64,000 nucleotides of DNA from an uncultured bacterium (GCA_965371785.1 CBDUZS010000003.1:8386-72385), one strand, 5' to 3'. Counted from the stretch's first letter, positions 28,448 through 38,088 are shown. A program made the numbers and translations. Notes: a model not told the origin generated them from the sequence alone.

Positions 28448-28982
28448 TTTCGATACCGTGGGCTTCCAGCCAGGCTCTGGTGGGGGAAGACATGATGTCA
28501 TTGCAGATCCTGTACGACGCGAACCCGTACGAACTGCTGTGATGCCCCGGTGAGCCGGAAAGCGGCATCCTGCTGAGCAATTCGCGGTGCAGGGCCAGGT
28601 TCCATTCGTCCAGGCTGCGAAGCAGTGTTTCCCAGATTCCTCTGAAGCGTTCAGGCCGTCCCTTCTTGTGTTCTTGTCCGGTGAGGAAGGAGATAACTTC
28701 ACCCGGGTCGAACCTCCTGCTCCTGAGGGGAAGAAGGTGGAGTCTGGCGGTATGCCCATCCGGATCTATCACCTGAAGGGCTTCGGTGCCCGGTTCGCAG
28801 CGATCGGACAGCCCGAACCACTCCTTGGTGAATTCCGAAGCGAACCTTACCGGATTATCCAGCAGGTGATCCCCTCCGAACACAGCCTGTGATACCAGCT
28901 TGTAGACATCCTGCTCGGTGAGACCCGGATGGAGTTCCCTCTCCCTCGCGAGAATTTCCCTCAGCGAATGATCAGTCATCAA
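28440..28982 (-). CDS. hypothetical protein
   Basis: 180-aa ORF with gene-like codon usage. No domain recognised. Confidence 0.45.
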   Translation of the reverse strand: MMTDHSLREILARERELHPGLTEQDVYKLVSQAVFGGDHLLDNPVRFASEFTKEWFGLSDRCEPGTEALQVIDPDGHTARLHLLPLRSRRFDPGEVISFLTGQEHKKGRPERFRGIWETLLRSLDEWNLALHRELLSRMPLSGSPGHHSSSYGFASYRICNDIMSSPTRAWLEAHGIEIR

Positions 28983-29778
28983 TACACTTTACAATGTCTC
29001 GGTAATCCGCGGCAATTGCGTTGAACTCCTCGAGGGGCATGTACTCCTCCAGTCCTGTGGCCTGATAGGAATCGGCTGTGAGGGCCGAACCATCCCAGTC
29101 CGGAACGGTCCAGAATTCGGGAAGATGGTCGAAGAGCCTTGCCGCGCCTTCCTGGTCACCGGTACTGCAAAGCTCGATTGCCTCCGCGTGTGCGGCCCTG
29201 AGAAAACTGCAGAACATCTCCTCTCCCCGGTAGTAGTGATGCGGGTAGAAGATGTCGTACAACACGCTCTCAGCCTGTTCGATCTCTCCCGCTGCAAGGA
29301 GGATCTCTATCTCCGCGATTGCATCCCACGATGGATCACCGGATTCGCAGGCCACGAGGAGCAGATCGTCCTCTCCGAAGTCCCATGAGTATTCGGCGCT
29401 GTACCATGTGGCTGAGCCAGGCATCTGCCAGATGATCTCTATCAGTCCGGTGATCTCGTCGAAGGCAGCCCAGGACTTGGCAAAGTTGTACATCCCCGAG
29501 TATCCGCCCGATGCCAGGAGCAGAGGGGTGCCTTCGGTCAGCCCGATCAGGCAGACATCGAGCGAATCGAAACCCCGTTCGACACCTCCGAACCTGATCT
29601 CAATGATGCGTAAGTCTTCGCTCAATTCCTGCACGGGGAAGTGCTGGACCGTGGGAAAGATGTAGCCCAGCCCGTTCTCCCATTCATCTCTCAGCTCGCC
29701 CGAGATGGGTTCGAATTGACCAAGGCATGTTCCAGAGGAAAGAAATACAGACAGAATAACGGCAAACGTCAGTTTCAT
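28972..29778 (-). CDS. secreted hypothetical protein
   Basis: Start is set at the MKLTFAVILSVFLSSGTCLG signal peptide (ATG at 29778), with GGGAGGG 7 nt upstream. The longer ORF reaching 30099 has no RBS and no signal peptide. Confidence 0.55.
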   Translation of the reverse strand: MKLTFAVILSVFLSSGTCLGQFEPISGELRDEWENGLGYIFPTVQHFPVQELSEDLRIIEIRFGGVERGFDSLDVCLIGLTEGTPLLLASGGYSGMYNFAKSWAAFDEITGLIEIIWQMPGSATWYSAEYSWDFGEDDLLLVACESGDPSWDAIAEIEILLAAGEIEQAESVLYDIFYPHHYYRGEEMFCSFLRAAHAEAIELCSTGDQEGAARLFDHLPEFWTVPDWDGSALTADSYQATGLEEYMPLEEFNAIAADYRDIVKCIDD

Positions 29779-29914
29779 GTGTACCCTCCCGTTTAACCAA
29801 AGATAAAATCCTTTTGGGCTCGAGGAAACCGGGAGATGAATGTGTAACGTTCGGGATAGCTTGACGTCTGTGTTGATGAAAAAGATGTCAACATGAAATG
29901 GAAGGAGCAGGGAC

Positions 29915-30310
29915 ATGGGTGCAGGAGAAGTGATGATTCCTCTGATGGCAATCATTTTGTCGATTGGCGGTCCGTTGGTCATACTGCTGGTGATCCTGAT
30001 GAACAGACACAGGCTTTCACTGCAGAAGTACAATAGAATACAGGAAGCTCTCGAATCCGGGAAAACACCGGAAGAAGTCGAGCGGATGATCGATATCATC
30101 GAGAAGGCTCACTTCAAGCCAAAAAGAAAGAGAAACGGATACCTGAGGGCAGGCGTCGTAATGATAGGCATGGGCTTTGCCTCGGCAGTCGTTGGAGCCA
30201 GCATTGGTGTGAGTGAATGCCTGGCTGCAGCCGGAGGTGCGGTCGTCCTTGGTCTCTCACTGGTAGCCGTCTGGTTCATCGTGGACCGCAAGCAGGAAAC
30301 AGCAGAGTAA
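29915..30310 (+). CDS. small membrane protein (2 TM)
   Basis: 131 aa with two hydrophobic helices flanking a charged loop. Sits directly upstream of the ECF sigma gene. Confidence 0.5.
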   Translation: MGAGEVMIPLMAIILSIGGPLVILLVILMNRHRLSLQKYNRIQEALESGKTPEEVERMIDIIEKAHFKPKRKRNGYLRAGVVMIGMGFASAVVGASIGVSECLAAAGGAVVLGLSLVAVWFIVDRKQETAE

Positions 30311-30311
30311 C

Positions 30312-30875
30312 TTGATCACCGATCCGGAGAAACTCAGGGACGTGAAGTGTGCCGCAGAAGGCGATAAGCAGGCCTTTGGCAGGCTTGTCGACAGCTATGG
30401 CGGGCTCGTTCACACCCTGCTCCTCCGAATGGTTCACGACAGTGATACCGCAAGGGATCTTTCTCAGGAGACCTTCCTGAAAGCCTGGGTGAAGCTGAAG
30501 ACGCTGAGGAAGCAGTCCAGCTTCCCGTCGTGGATCTGTTCCACCGCAAGGCGAACCGCTCTGGATCACTTCAGAAAGAGAAAGGTGCGAAAGGAGGTTT
30601 CGATGCCCGAAGAGACCTTCGTAGAGGAAGGCGGCAGAGAACCGGAACTGTCTGCAGAGGGGGTCATGCTCCTCGAGCAGGCCGTCTTCAGACTGGGTGA
30701 ACGGGACAGGCAGCTGGTTACCCTTGCCTACTTCAACGAGCTGAGCCTTGTCGAGGTCGGCCGAATTATGGGAATTCCGGAGGCAAACGTGAGGGTATAC
30801 ATTCACCGGGCCAGGAAGAGATTGAGAGAACTTCTGAGAGGACACGAGGATGAGCTCCTGCAGCAGATCGGATAG
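30312..30875 (+). CDS. ECF-type RNA polymerase sigma factor
   Basis: Sigma-70 region 2 (DLSQETFLKAWVKL) and region 4 (LSLVEVGRIMGIPEANVRVYIHRARKRL). TTG start. Confidence 0.85.
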   Translation: MITDPEKLRDVKCAAEGDKQAFGRLVDSYGGLVHTLLLRMVHDSDTARDLSQETFLKAWVKLKTLRKQSSFPSWICSTARRTALDHFRKRKVRKEVSMPEETFVEEGGREPELSAEGVMLLEQAVFRLGERDRQLVTLAYFNELSLVEVGRIMGIPEANVRVYIHRARKRLRELLRGHEDELLQQIG

Positions 30876-31320
30876 GGTCCTTTCCTATCTGATGGAAGAG
30901 ATGACAGGACAGGAAACAAGGCTCTTCGAAGAACACCTTGCGCAGTGCAGCGCCTGCATACATGAGCTTGCGCTCGAACAGGCTTTGCAGAGAGGGCTCG
31001 AGGAGTGCACTCATCCCGATGCGATTCCTTCGGGCCTCAGATCGGAGATACTCCTGAAGCTCATGGCAATGCGTCATCCGGTATTTCCCTTCTGGCAGAT
31101 CGCCGCAACGATCGCAACGGGAATTGTGGCTCTATTTGCAGTCCTTCACGTTATCGGGGACAGCAGTCTTCCGGATGCAGGACTCGGTTTCATTACCGGT
31201 ATTGGCCGCGATCTTCCGGAATTTCTCGGACGGGTCGGATCGCTTCCCGTGATATTCGGTGTCGGTCTTGTCATGGTTGTCATTGCGTCGATTGTCGCAT
31301 CCCTCGTACCCGAGGAATAG
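30850..31320 (+). CDS. zinc-binding (ZAS-type) anti-sigma factor, membrane-anchored
   Basis: N-terminal H-x3-C-x2-C motif (EHLAQCSACIHEL). C-terminal TM helices. Overlaps the sigma factor gene. Confidence 0.75.
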   Translation: MSSCSRSDRVLSYLMEEMTGQETRLFEEHLAQCSACIHELALEQALQRGLEECTHPDAIPSGLRSEILLKLMAMRHPVFPFWQIAATIATGIVALFAVLHVIGDSSLPDAGLGFITGIGRDLPEFLGRVGSLPVIFGVGLVMVVIASIVASLVPEE

Positions 31321-31326
31321 CCGTGG

Positions 31327-33528
31327 CTAGAGCGGAAGGAACCAGGTCATCTTGCCGTAAACGGTGAACTCGGGATCGCTGTACCATCCATCCTCATCGG
31401 GATCAGCATTCTCTCCAGCCATGACGTACAGCATACTTCCAGGTCTGAATCGCCATCCAAGGAGAACGTTCATCCAGTGTGCGTTGCTGGAGTCACCTCC
31501 GGTCTGATCCCAGGTCGATTGAAATCTGGATATCTGAGAGGTGAGCCGGAGGCTGAGATCGTTGCTGAACATCCAGGTCCCACCCAGCTGAATCGATCGC
31601 CAGTCCGTGTCCTGTATGTCCCATGCTTCGATGTCCCAGTTGTATTTTCTGCCGTTCTCCGTGACTCGCCAGTTGAGGTCGGCGTCGAAGGAGATATACG
31701 ATGCGGGTTTGAAAGCCAGCCAGCTTCCGAACCTCGTACTCGATCCCTCGTACCAGGAACCTCCACCCGCCCAGAACATTGCATAGAGTTTTCTTCGTGA
31801 ATCCAGCGAACAGCTGCCGCCCCAGTTCAGACCGCCGTCGTATTCGGTTCCATCGGGGCCTTCGTATCTGTCGGTCCACGATCCGGAATATCCAAGGTCG
31901 GCATTGATGTGGTACCTGTTCCGGAAGACGACCCCGGCATCCATGTTGAATCCTCGACCGGTGACTACCCCACCTGGAACTCTGTTGTAATACCCCCGGA
32001 GTTCCAGCCAGCCGTGTTGCAGCGTTCTGCTATCGAAGGGGTGAAAGAGGCCGGCTCCCGCCCAGGTGTTGACATCCCCGGTGGAAGAGGTGTAGCCGAT
32101 CATGTTGGCGTTGAAATCTTCCTCCTTGTAGTCGAATCCTGTCCTGCAGTCGAACCTGTCGCCACCGTACGAGTACGAGGCTCTGTAGGCCATGTTGTTC
32201 TTCCAGACACTGTCCGCCGAATTCCATGTTCCAGCAGATGCTGCATTCAGTGTATGGTTTCCCAGGAATCTGATCTGCCAGTCGACCGCGCCCGAACGGC
32301 CGTATGAATACTCCGTACCGGTCTGTGAGGGAACATCCGTGCTCGTAAGGCTTGCTCCCATGTAAGACCCTTCACCGAATTCCCTTACGATTCTGAGCGC
32401 AGAATAATTCGTGGCAGGGGAGCACAGCTCACCTTCCTCGGATACCCGTCCGGTGAAAGCATCCATGAGTCCGAACCGGAAGCCGCCGGCGGTTCCCGTC
32501 AGCTTGCCACCCCCGATAATCGGGATTATCTCGCCGTTCGATGCGACCGCACCGATCCTCCTGGAGTAGAACAGTGAGAAAGGCATCTGAAAGAGGTCAG
32601 AGCCCTCCAGAAAGAAGGGGCGCTTCTCCCTGAGGAAGCTCTCCCAGTGCGAGAGATTCACCTCGTCGGGATCGGCTTCGATCTGACCGAAATCCGGATT
32701 CAGGGTAAGATCGATTACGGCGCTCGAAGAAATTCCGATCTTAGCGTCGAGCCCGGCATTTGCCCAAGGATCCCATTCGTCCTCGCTATCTGGAGCGTAC
32801 CCCATCCTGGCAGCACCGTACGGTAGAAGCTCGATCTGCCTGCTTGCGGGAAGATCCCGTAACCCCTGCAGGTCTCCGAAATCCTCGATTCTCACATGAC
32901 CGTTGTCAGCCATACGGAAGAGGTACGCGCTCTCGTTCGTGCGGGTGATCGTTCTCTTGAAATTGACTCCCCACAGCTGCTGGTCCACTGAGGGATACCT
33001 GATGGCAGTGAACGGAATGGCGAATTCGGCGCTCCAGCCGCTCTCCGACGTGCTCGTGCCGCTCTCCCATACCGCATCCCAGCTTGTATCCCAGCCTCCG
33101 ACCTCGCTGAGCCTGCCGTCCTGCTGCACGTTCTCGATGCTTGCGAAGAACATGTAGCAGTTGTTGTCGTCGTTGAACGTGTCGAGCCAGATTCCAACCC
33201 ATTCCGTAGACACATCGTAATCCCTGGGAGTCAGAGCACGCAGAAAAAGTTCGGGAAAGGAGTCGTACATGATGAGCCCGAAGTAGATGGCATCGTCGTC
33301 GTATAGAATCCTGATCTCGGTTGCCTCGGTCATGGGTTTGCCGCAGTCCGGTCTGTGCTGGATGAAGTCGTCCGTTATCGGAAACGCCTGCTCCCACACA
33401 GGCTCGTCCAGTACGCCATCGATTACGGGAGGTGTTTCCGTTCTGCAGGCGGAGATTTCTGTACCTGTAGCAACCGATAGGGTGGCTGATGTAGCCAGAA
33501 GAGCTGTAACGAATCGCCTGACAGACAT
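31327..33528 (-). CDS. outer-membrane beta-barrel protein with N-terminal CBM9-like domain (DUF5916-like)
   Basis: Signal peptide beginning at MSVRRFVTALLATSATLSVATG. IDGVLDEPVWEQA motif typical of the carbohydrate-binding family 9-like fold. Long beta-strand-rich C-terminal part ending in an aromatic/hydrophobic ...WFLPL. Confidence 0.65.
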   Translation of the reverse strand: MSVRRFVTALLATSATLSVATGTEISACRTETPPVIDGVLDEPVWEQAFPITDDFIQHRPDCGKPMTEATEIRILYDDDAIYFGLIMYDSFPELFLRALTPRDYDVSTEWVGIWLDTFNDDNNCYMFFASIENVQQDGRLSEVGGWDTSWDAVWESGTSTSESGWSAEFAIPFTAIRYPSVDQQLWGVNFKRTITRTNESAYLFRMADNGHVRIEDFGDLQGLRDLPASRQIELLPYGAARMGYAPDSEDEWDPWANAGLDAKIGISSSAVIDLTLNPDFGQIEADPDEVNLSHWESFLREKRPFFLEGSDLFQMPFSLFYSRRIGAVASNGEIIPIIGGGKLTGTAGGFRFGLMDAFTGRVSEEGELCSPATNYSALRIVREFGEGSYMGASLTSTDVPSQTGTEYSYGRSGAVDWQIRFLGNHTLNAASAGTWNSADSVWKNNMAYRASYSYGGDRFDCRTGFDYKEEDFNANMIGYTSSTGDVNTWAGAGLFHPFDSRTLQHGWLELRGYYNRVPGGVVTGRGFNMDAGVVFRNRYHINADLGYSGSWTDRYEGPDGTEYDGGLNWGGSCSLDSRRKLYAMFWAGGGSWYEGSSTRFGSWLAFKPASYISFDADLNWRVTENGRKYNWDIEAWDIQDTDWRSIQLGGTWMFSNDLSLRLTSQISRFQSTWDQTGGDSSNAHWMNVLLGWRFRPGSMLYVMAGENADPDEDGWYSDPEFTVYGKMTWFLPL

Positions 33529-34040
33529 TACGGCTTCTCGAACACCGACTCGATTTCGCCGATGTAGAGCCTGTGGTAATCGGATTCCGGGTAGCATTGC
33601 TCGATGGAGTCATCGATGAAAGAGGAGGGATCCAGATCGCTTGCGTATATTTTCCTGCAGACGAGCACGAGCCTTGCTTCATCGAATGCAACGGTATCTT
33701 TTCCAGGTTGTACGACCGTAAGACCGGTTGCAGCTACCTTATCGACGTCTCGACCGGACCGGCTTCCACAGAAATCGAGCACGTTCCTGTGACTGCCGGG
33801 AAAAAAACTGAGGGTGAACCGCTCCGATCTCTCCATGAAGCCGAAGGTGTAGCGTTGAGGGCGAACGAAGACGAAGACGACCTTCCTGCTCCAGAGCTCA
33901 CCCATGGCCCCCCAGCTTGCTGTCATCGTATTGAAGGAATCCAGCGAGCCTGCGGTGAGAAGCATCCAGTCGTCAGCTATCAGTCTGAACACGTTGTCGG
34001 TTACGTCGGAGGGGTTAATACTCAGGAAGCCATCCAGCAT
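33528..34040 (-). CDS. flavin reductase-like FMN-binding (split-barrel) protein
   Basis: 170 aa, flavin reductase-like domain pattern (...LLTAGS...NTMTASWG...). Preceded on the minus strand by a consensus sigma-70 promoter. Confidence 0.6.
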   Translation of the reverse strand: MLDGFLSINPSDVTDNVFRLIADDWMLLTAGSLDSFNTMTASWGAMGELWSRKVVFVFVRPQRYTFGFMERSERFTLSFFPGSHRNVLDFCGSRSGRDVDKVAATGLTVVQPGKDTVAFDEARLVLVCRKIYASDLDPSSFIDDSIEQCYPESDYHRLYIGEIESVFEKP

Positions 34041-34090
34041 TTTTTACGGAATTCCTTTCGCAGGGGTGATCGAGCCGTTTTGACGGGCAA

Positions 34091-34119
34091 ATTATATACC
34101 AAAATGATATATTTGTCAA
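34091..34119 (-). promoter_or_regulatory. consensus sigma70-type promoter (TTGACA-17-TATAAT) upstream of the flavin-reductase-like and OM-barrel genes
   Basis: The minus strand reads TTGACAAATATATCATTTTGGTATATAAT: a perfect -35, a 17-nt spacer and a perfect -10. It lies about 50 nt upstream of the ATG at 34040. Confidence 0.6.
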
Positions 34120-34179
34120 AATCGTATCAGACGATTTTCTGGTAAAGGAAGTCTTGTGCGTCTCACAGGGCGGCTCTGC

Positions 34180-35262
34180 TCAGGATTTGAAGTAGCTTCT
34201 CAGTGCTCTTCCGAACACTCTCAGAGATTGAATAGGGTCGTACACGAGGGACATGTTGATTGCGCACTCCCAGGTGCAGAAACACTTCTTTATTTCCTTT
34301 TTCTTGAGCTCTCGGGCTTTCCTGGTCTTTAGAATCCTGCACAGATCGTAGTCGTATTCTCTTATGTTACCCAGCATTTGATCTTCCAGCAGTTCACACG
34401 GGTAGACCTCTCCCCGGGCGTTGATCACTGCGAACTTGCCGGCCGCCAGGCATCTGAAGCAGCTCTTCTCCTTCTCTTTCGTCTCCACGATCGTGTCAAC
34501 CGTTATGGCTGTCATTGCCTCGAGAATCCTGTGAGCGGGGTGCCTTCGTACCCTGAAGGCCTCGATCAGTTTTCTGCTGCTCTCCCGGTACAGCTCGAGA
34601 TCGATATCGAGGAGTTCCAGGTCCTGCGGCCGTCCACGGATGAAGAGGATGGCGATCGAGTCGAAGAGGCCGAGAGATTTTATCTTGGCCGCGAGGTCGT
34701 CCACGCCGTCCTGCGTGTTCTTGCTGAAAACTATGTTAGCCTCTACGAAGAAGTTCGTGTGCTCCTTCTTCAGTTCTTTCAGCCGTGTAACGGTTTCGAT
34801 GACCTTCGCGAACCCGTTCCTGTGTCGCCTGATGCGATCATGTTCTTCCTCCCAGCCGTCCAGAGACACACCAAGGCGGAAGAAAACATCCGGATTCTCT
34901 CGAAAAATGCGCTCGAGTTGATCTACGGTCCGATCCGGCAGAAAAGCATTCGTCGGAATCGTGACGTACTTCACTCCCGTATGTTCTCTGAACAGCGCAA
35001 CGATGTCGGCAAGGTCTTCCCTCATGAAGGGCTCACCGCCACAGAGGTTGACCAGGAGCATGGGCGGCAGCTTCCTCACGATCTGCTCGATCTCGGAAAG
35101 GGTGAGCTCGTCTTCACCTTTGCCCCCGGAAAGCTGTGTATTGCGCCAGTTGAAGCAGTGCTCACAGGCAGCGTTGCACCTGCTGGTGACGTGGAAGATA
35201 AGATAGCTCACACGTCTTCCCCACAGTCTCTGCAGCAAACCTGGAAGAGCGTCGATTCTCAT
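34180..35262 (-). CDS. radical SAM protein with C-terminal SPASM/twitch Cys-rich domain
   Basis: CxxxCxxC (CNAACEHC) with GGEPF, and a C-terminal Cys cluster (CFRC...C...CFCTWEC). Start is the ATG at 35262 with a GGAAAGGAG RBS. The 470-aa ORF extension has no support. Confidence 0.8.
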   Translation of the reverse strand: MRIDALPGLLQRLWGRRVSYLIFHVTSRCNAACEHCFNWRNTQLSGGKGEDELTLSEIEQIVRKLPPMLLVNLCGGEPFMREDLADIVALFREHTGVKYVTIPTNAFLPDRTVDQLERIFRENPDVFFRLGVSLDGWEEEHDRIRRHRNGFAKVIETVTRLKELKKEHTNFFVEANIVFSKNTQDGVDDLAAKIKSLGLFDSIAILFIRGRPQDLELLDIDLELYRESSRKLIEAFRVRRHPAHRILEAMTAITVDTIVETKEKEKSCFRCLAAGKFAVINARGEVYPCELLEDQMLGNIREYDYDLCRILKTRKARELKKKEIKKCFCTWECAINMSLVYDPIQSLRVFGRALRSYFKS

Positions 35263-35282
35263 CCGATACTCCTTTCCATGAT

Positions 35283-36287
35283 TCACTCCTGATCGGGAGA
35301 GTGCGTTAGAATTCTGGAGACCCTGCCTGCCACAACACCTGCCATCGCCGCAACGGCTGTGATGTTCAGCATGAAGAAACAATAGACATTGAAGAGGATA
35401 CCGCGTTCCTTCGTGGTGAACCTGAAGAAATACCTGTGATGCACTAGCTTGAGGATGACCAGGAATCCGGGAAGGAACCAGGAATAACCGGCACAGGGTA
35501 ATCCCAGACCATAGGCCACCGGAACCAGGAGTGCAGCCAGTGTGAGCAGAGCGGACAGCAGAAAGCCTGCCTTTCTGTGGGGGGAGACCCATGTCTTCGT
35601 ATCGTATGTGGAGATGACCCTTGTCGATCTCGCGAAGAGTAGTGATCTGTGGAACACCTTCCAGAGCACGATCCGGTTGCCCGGGTAGTAGTGATGGAAC
35701 GTCAGCTGCTCATCGTAGAACACCTTCGTGTGCTTCAATATGCCGATGGCTAGCTCATGATCCTCGATGTCCGCTCCCTTGTAGGATTCGTTGAACCCCC
35801 CTATTCTGAAGAACAGTGCTTTGCTGACTGCTCCCAGCGTGGAGCTCCAGCAATTTACGAACCCCGTCTCGACTCCGCCGTAGTGGCAGACCTCCCGTTC
35901 CTCACTGAGCCAGTAGTTCCCGATGGAGGTATTGCGGAGAGGTGGGAACTCGAGCTTTCCGAAGAGTGCCTGGACATCGTCCTTCCCGAACCTGTCGCTG
36001 ATGCGCTGGAGCCCGCCGGGATCGATTGTGATATCCGAATCGCAGAAGACCAGAACATCTCCGTGAGCGATCCTGGCAGCTGCGTTCCTGCTCGCTGCGG
36101 GGCCGAGGTTCTCTTCGTTCTCGATAAGCTTGCAGGGATACTGCAGGGCAATCCCGACTGAGTCATCCGACGAGCCGTCATCAACGAAGATCAGCTCGTA
36201 ATCCTCGAATCCGTTGTTGGTGATGGACCTGAAGAATTAGTGAAGCAGGTCGGCCTTGTTGTAGTTGACGGCGATTATAGACAGCAT
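35283..36287 (-). CDS. family-2 glycosyltransferase with an in-frame TAA at 36237-36239
   Basis: Manual minus-strand translation gives MLSIIAVNYNKADLLH*FFRSITNNGFEDYELIFVDDGSSDD...FCDSD... (GT2 DxD motifs). It continues in the same frame into the ORF 35283-35738, which has C-terminal TM helices. A single TAA interrupts an otherwise intact ~334-codon frame. Confidence 0.65.
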
Positions 36288-36428
36288 GACGTTGGCAAGC
36301 CTGTTTGCCTCAGCAGATTGCGTTTACAGGGAAGATATAGCTCATTTCAGCCCAGCCTTCACAGAATACGGTAGCATAACCGGGTGCGGTTTTCCTTGCC
36401 AGAGAGTGATTCCACTGCTTTCCGATGT

Positions 36429-37043
36429 TCACCAGTCTTTGAAAAAGCACTTCTTCTCTGAAACCCGTCCCGTTGCATCGAAGAAGACACCCTCCATCTC
36501 GAGCAGAGAACGCTTCATCCCGGCTCCGCCCCGGTATCCGCCGGGTGAGCCATCGGATCGTATTGTCCTGTGGCAAGGTATCAGAAGTGGAAAGGGATTG
36601 TTTGCCAGTGCCGCTCCCGTCGCTCGGGCAGCCCTGTCATTCCCGATAAATTCCGCGATGGAGCCATACGTGCTGACACATCCCCGGGGAATGCCATGTT
36701 CAGTATGCAGGACTTTCTGCTGAAACCGTGAGCACGTATCCAGACGGGTGATGTCGAGTGAAAAGCGGATATCATCCCCGCTCAGGAATGAAACAATCCT
36801 TTCTGCGACAGCGTCTATTTCGGCACAGGAGGAAGAAATCGATTCCGGAAAGAATTCGGTTACGAGCCGTTCTGCAGAGGATCCTTCCCCGGAAAGGAAG
36901 ACACGAAGTATTTCCGGTCGACCCCGGTCCAGGGACCAGAGGACTGCAACCGGACCGAACCGGGTCTCACGGTAACAGCAGGATCGAGCAGAGTCGTGCC
37001 GTGATTCCAGATTCAACTGGCTGACAGGGCAGTTCATACTCAT
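36429..37043 (-). CDS. ogt: methylated-DNA-protein-cysteine methyltransferase (Ogt/MGMT family)
   Basis: Active-site PCHR motif (LLIPCHRTIRSDGSPGGYRGG) in the C-terminal domain. Confidence 0.7.
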   Translation of the reverse strand: MSMNCPVSQLNLESRHDSARSCCYRETRFGPVAVLWSLDRGRPEILRVFLSGEGSSAERLVTEFFPESISSSCAEIDAVAERIVSFLSGDDIRFSLDITRLDTCSRFQQKVLHTEHGIPRGCVSTYGSIAEFIGNDRAARATGAALANNPFPLLIPCHRTIRSDGSPGGYRGGAGMKRSLLEMEGVFFDATGRVSEKKCFFKDW

Positions 37044-37152
37044 TTATCCGCCGGTCACCTCCTGTTTTTCTATATATCCAGTACACCTCTCGGTGTCATC
37101 CGGATCTCCCGGGGGGGGGTTGACCCTGCCGATTGGTCTGTATTGAATACAC

Positions 37153-38076
37153 TTGCTGGCAGGGAGGGTAAACGTGAGACTGCCCGGGGATCTGGACGCA
37201 GGTTTTCTTGACAGCCTCTTCGAGGCGGCATGTGTCCTCGATCTGGATCAGACCATACTGTTCTGGAACAATGCCGCGATGGAGATCACTGGAATCTCCG
37301 CGGATACGGTGACGGGGCTTAAATGCGCCGATTCCAGGCTCGAGCCTGTTGATATGGACGGAAAACAGCTTTACTGCGATGATTCCTGTCCCGCGGTCGA
37401 AGCCATCCGCAGCGGTTCCGAAGTGAGGAAGCAGGTCTTCCTGATGCACAGGGAAGGTCATCGCATCCCGATCAGGATGAAGGTCATTCCCCTCGGCGGG
37501 AAAGAAGACGTCGAGGGTGCTCTCATCCTGTTCCGCGAGGATGCGCTTCTCGAAGAGCTTCGTGAACGTCTGCGCGAACTGGAGAAGCTTTCCTGCGTGG
37601 ACAGTATCACTGGTGTTGCGAACAGGCGTCATGCGGTCCATCACATACAGTCGAAAAAGGCGGAGCTGGAGAGGTATGGAAACAGCTTTGCATTGTTCCT
37701 GGTCGATGTGGATGGATTCGATGCCATCAACAGGGAATTCGGACACTTTACGGGAGACAGGGTACTTCGCATGGTTGCGAACTCCGTTATCTGTACGCTC
37801 AGACCCTTCGATCTGCTTGCCCGGTGGGGGGCAGATGAGTTCATCGTATCCGTCTGGCACACGTGCGAGGACGATCTGAAAGGTATAGGGGAAAGGATAC
37901 GGATGATCGTGAGTTCCTCGACACTGACTTCTCCGGGGGGACCGGTGAGCACATCCGTCTCGATTGCAGGTGCCGTTGCCAGGGCAGATGAGACGACGGA
38001 TGATCTCATCGAGCGGATGGAGGATCTCTTGAGACGGGCGAAGAAAGAGGGAGGCAACAGAGTCCTGACGGAATAG
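37153..38076 (+). CDS. PAS-sensor diguanylate cyclase with variant GADEF active-site motif
   Basis: N-terminal PAS-like region, then a GGDEF-fold domain (ITGVANRR...FLVDVDGFDAINREFGH...RWGADEFIV). The start is uncertain: TTG at 37153 or GTG at 37174. Confidence 0.75.
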   Translation: MLAGRVNVRLPGDLDAGFLDSLFEAACVLDLDQTILFWNNAAMEITGISADTVTGLKCADSRLEPVDMDGKQLYCDDSCPAVEAIRSGSEVRKQVFLMHREGHRIPIRMKVIPLGGKEDVEGALILFREDALLEELRERLRELEKLSCVDSITGVANRRHAVHHIQSKKAELERYGNSFALFLVDVDGFDAINREFGHFTGDRVLRMVANSVICTLRPFDLLARWGADEFIVSVWHTCEDDLKGIGERIRMIVSSSTLTSPGGPVSTSVSIAGAVARADETTDDLIERMEDLLRRAKKEGGNRVLTE

Positions 38077-38088
38077 AGGGCTGGATCG

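Noticed and set aside
28972-30099. Full 375-aa ORF for the secreted hypothetical protein.
   Set aside because: The first 107 codons have no RBS and are not signal-peptide-like. A strong GGGAGGG plus ATG followed by a signal peptide occurs at 29778.
34378-35292. 304-aa plus-strand ORF opposite the radical SAM gene.
   Set aside because: Antisense to a gene with clear rSAM/SPASM motifs.
35757-36184. Plus ORF 35757-36161 and minus ORF 35855-36184 inside the GT2 region.
   Set aside because: Manual translation of the minus strand in the frame of 35283-35738 gives a bona fide GT2 sequence across this region. These two ORFs are off-frame or antisense.
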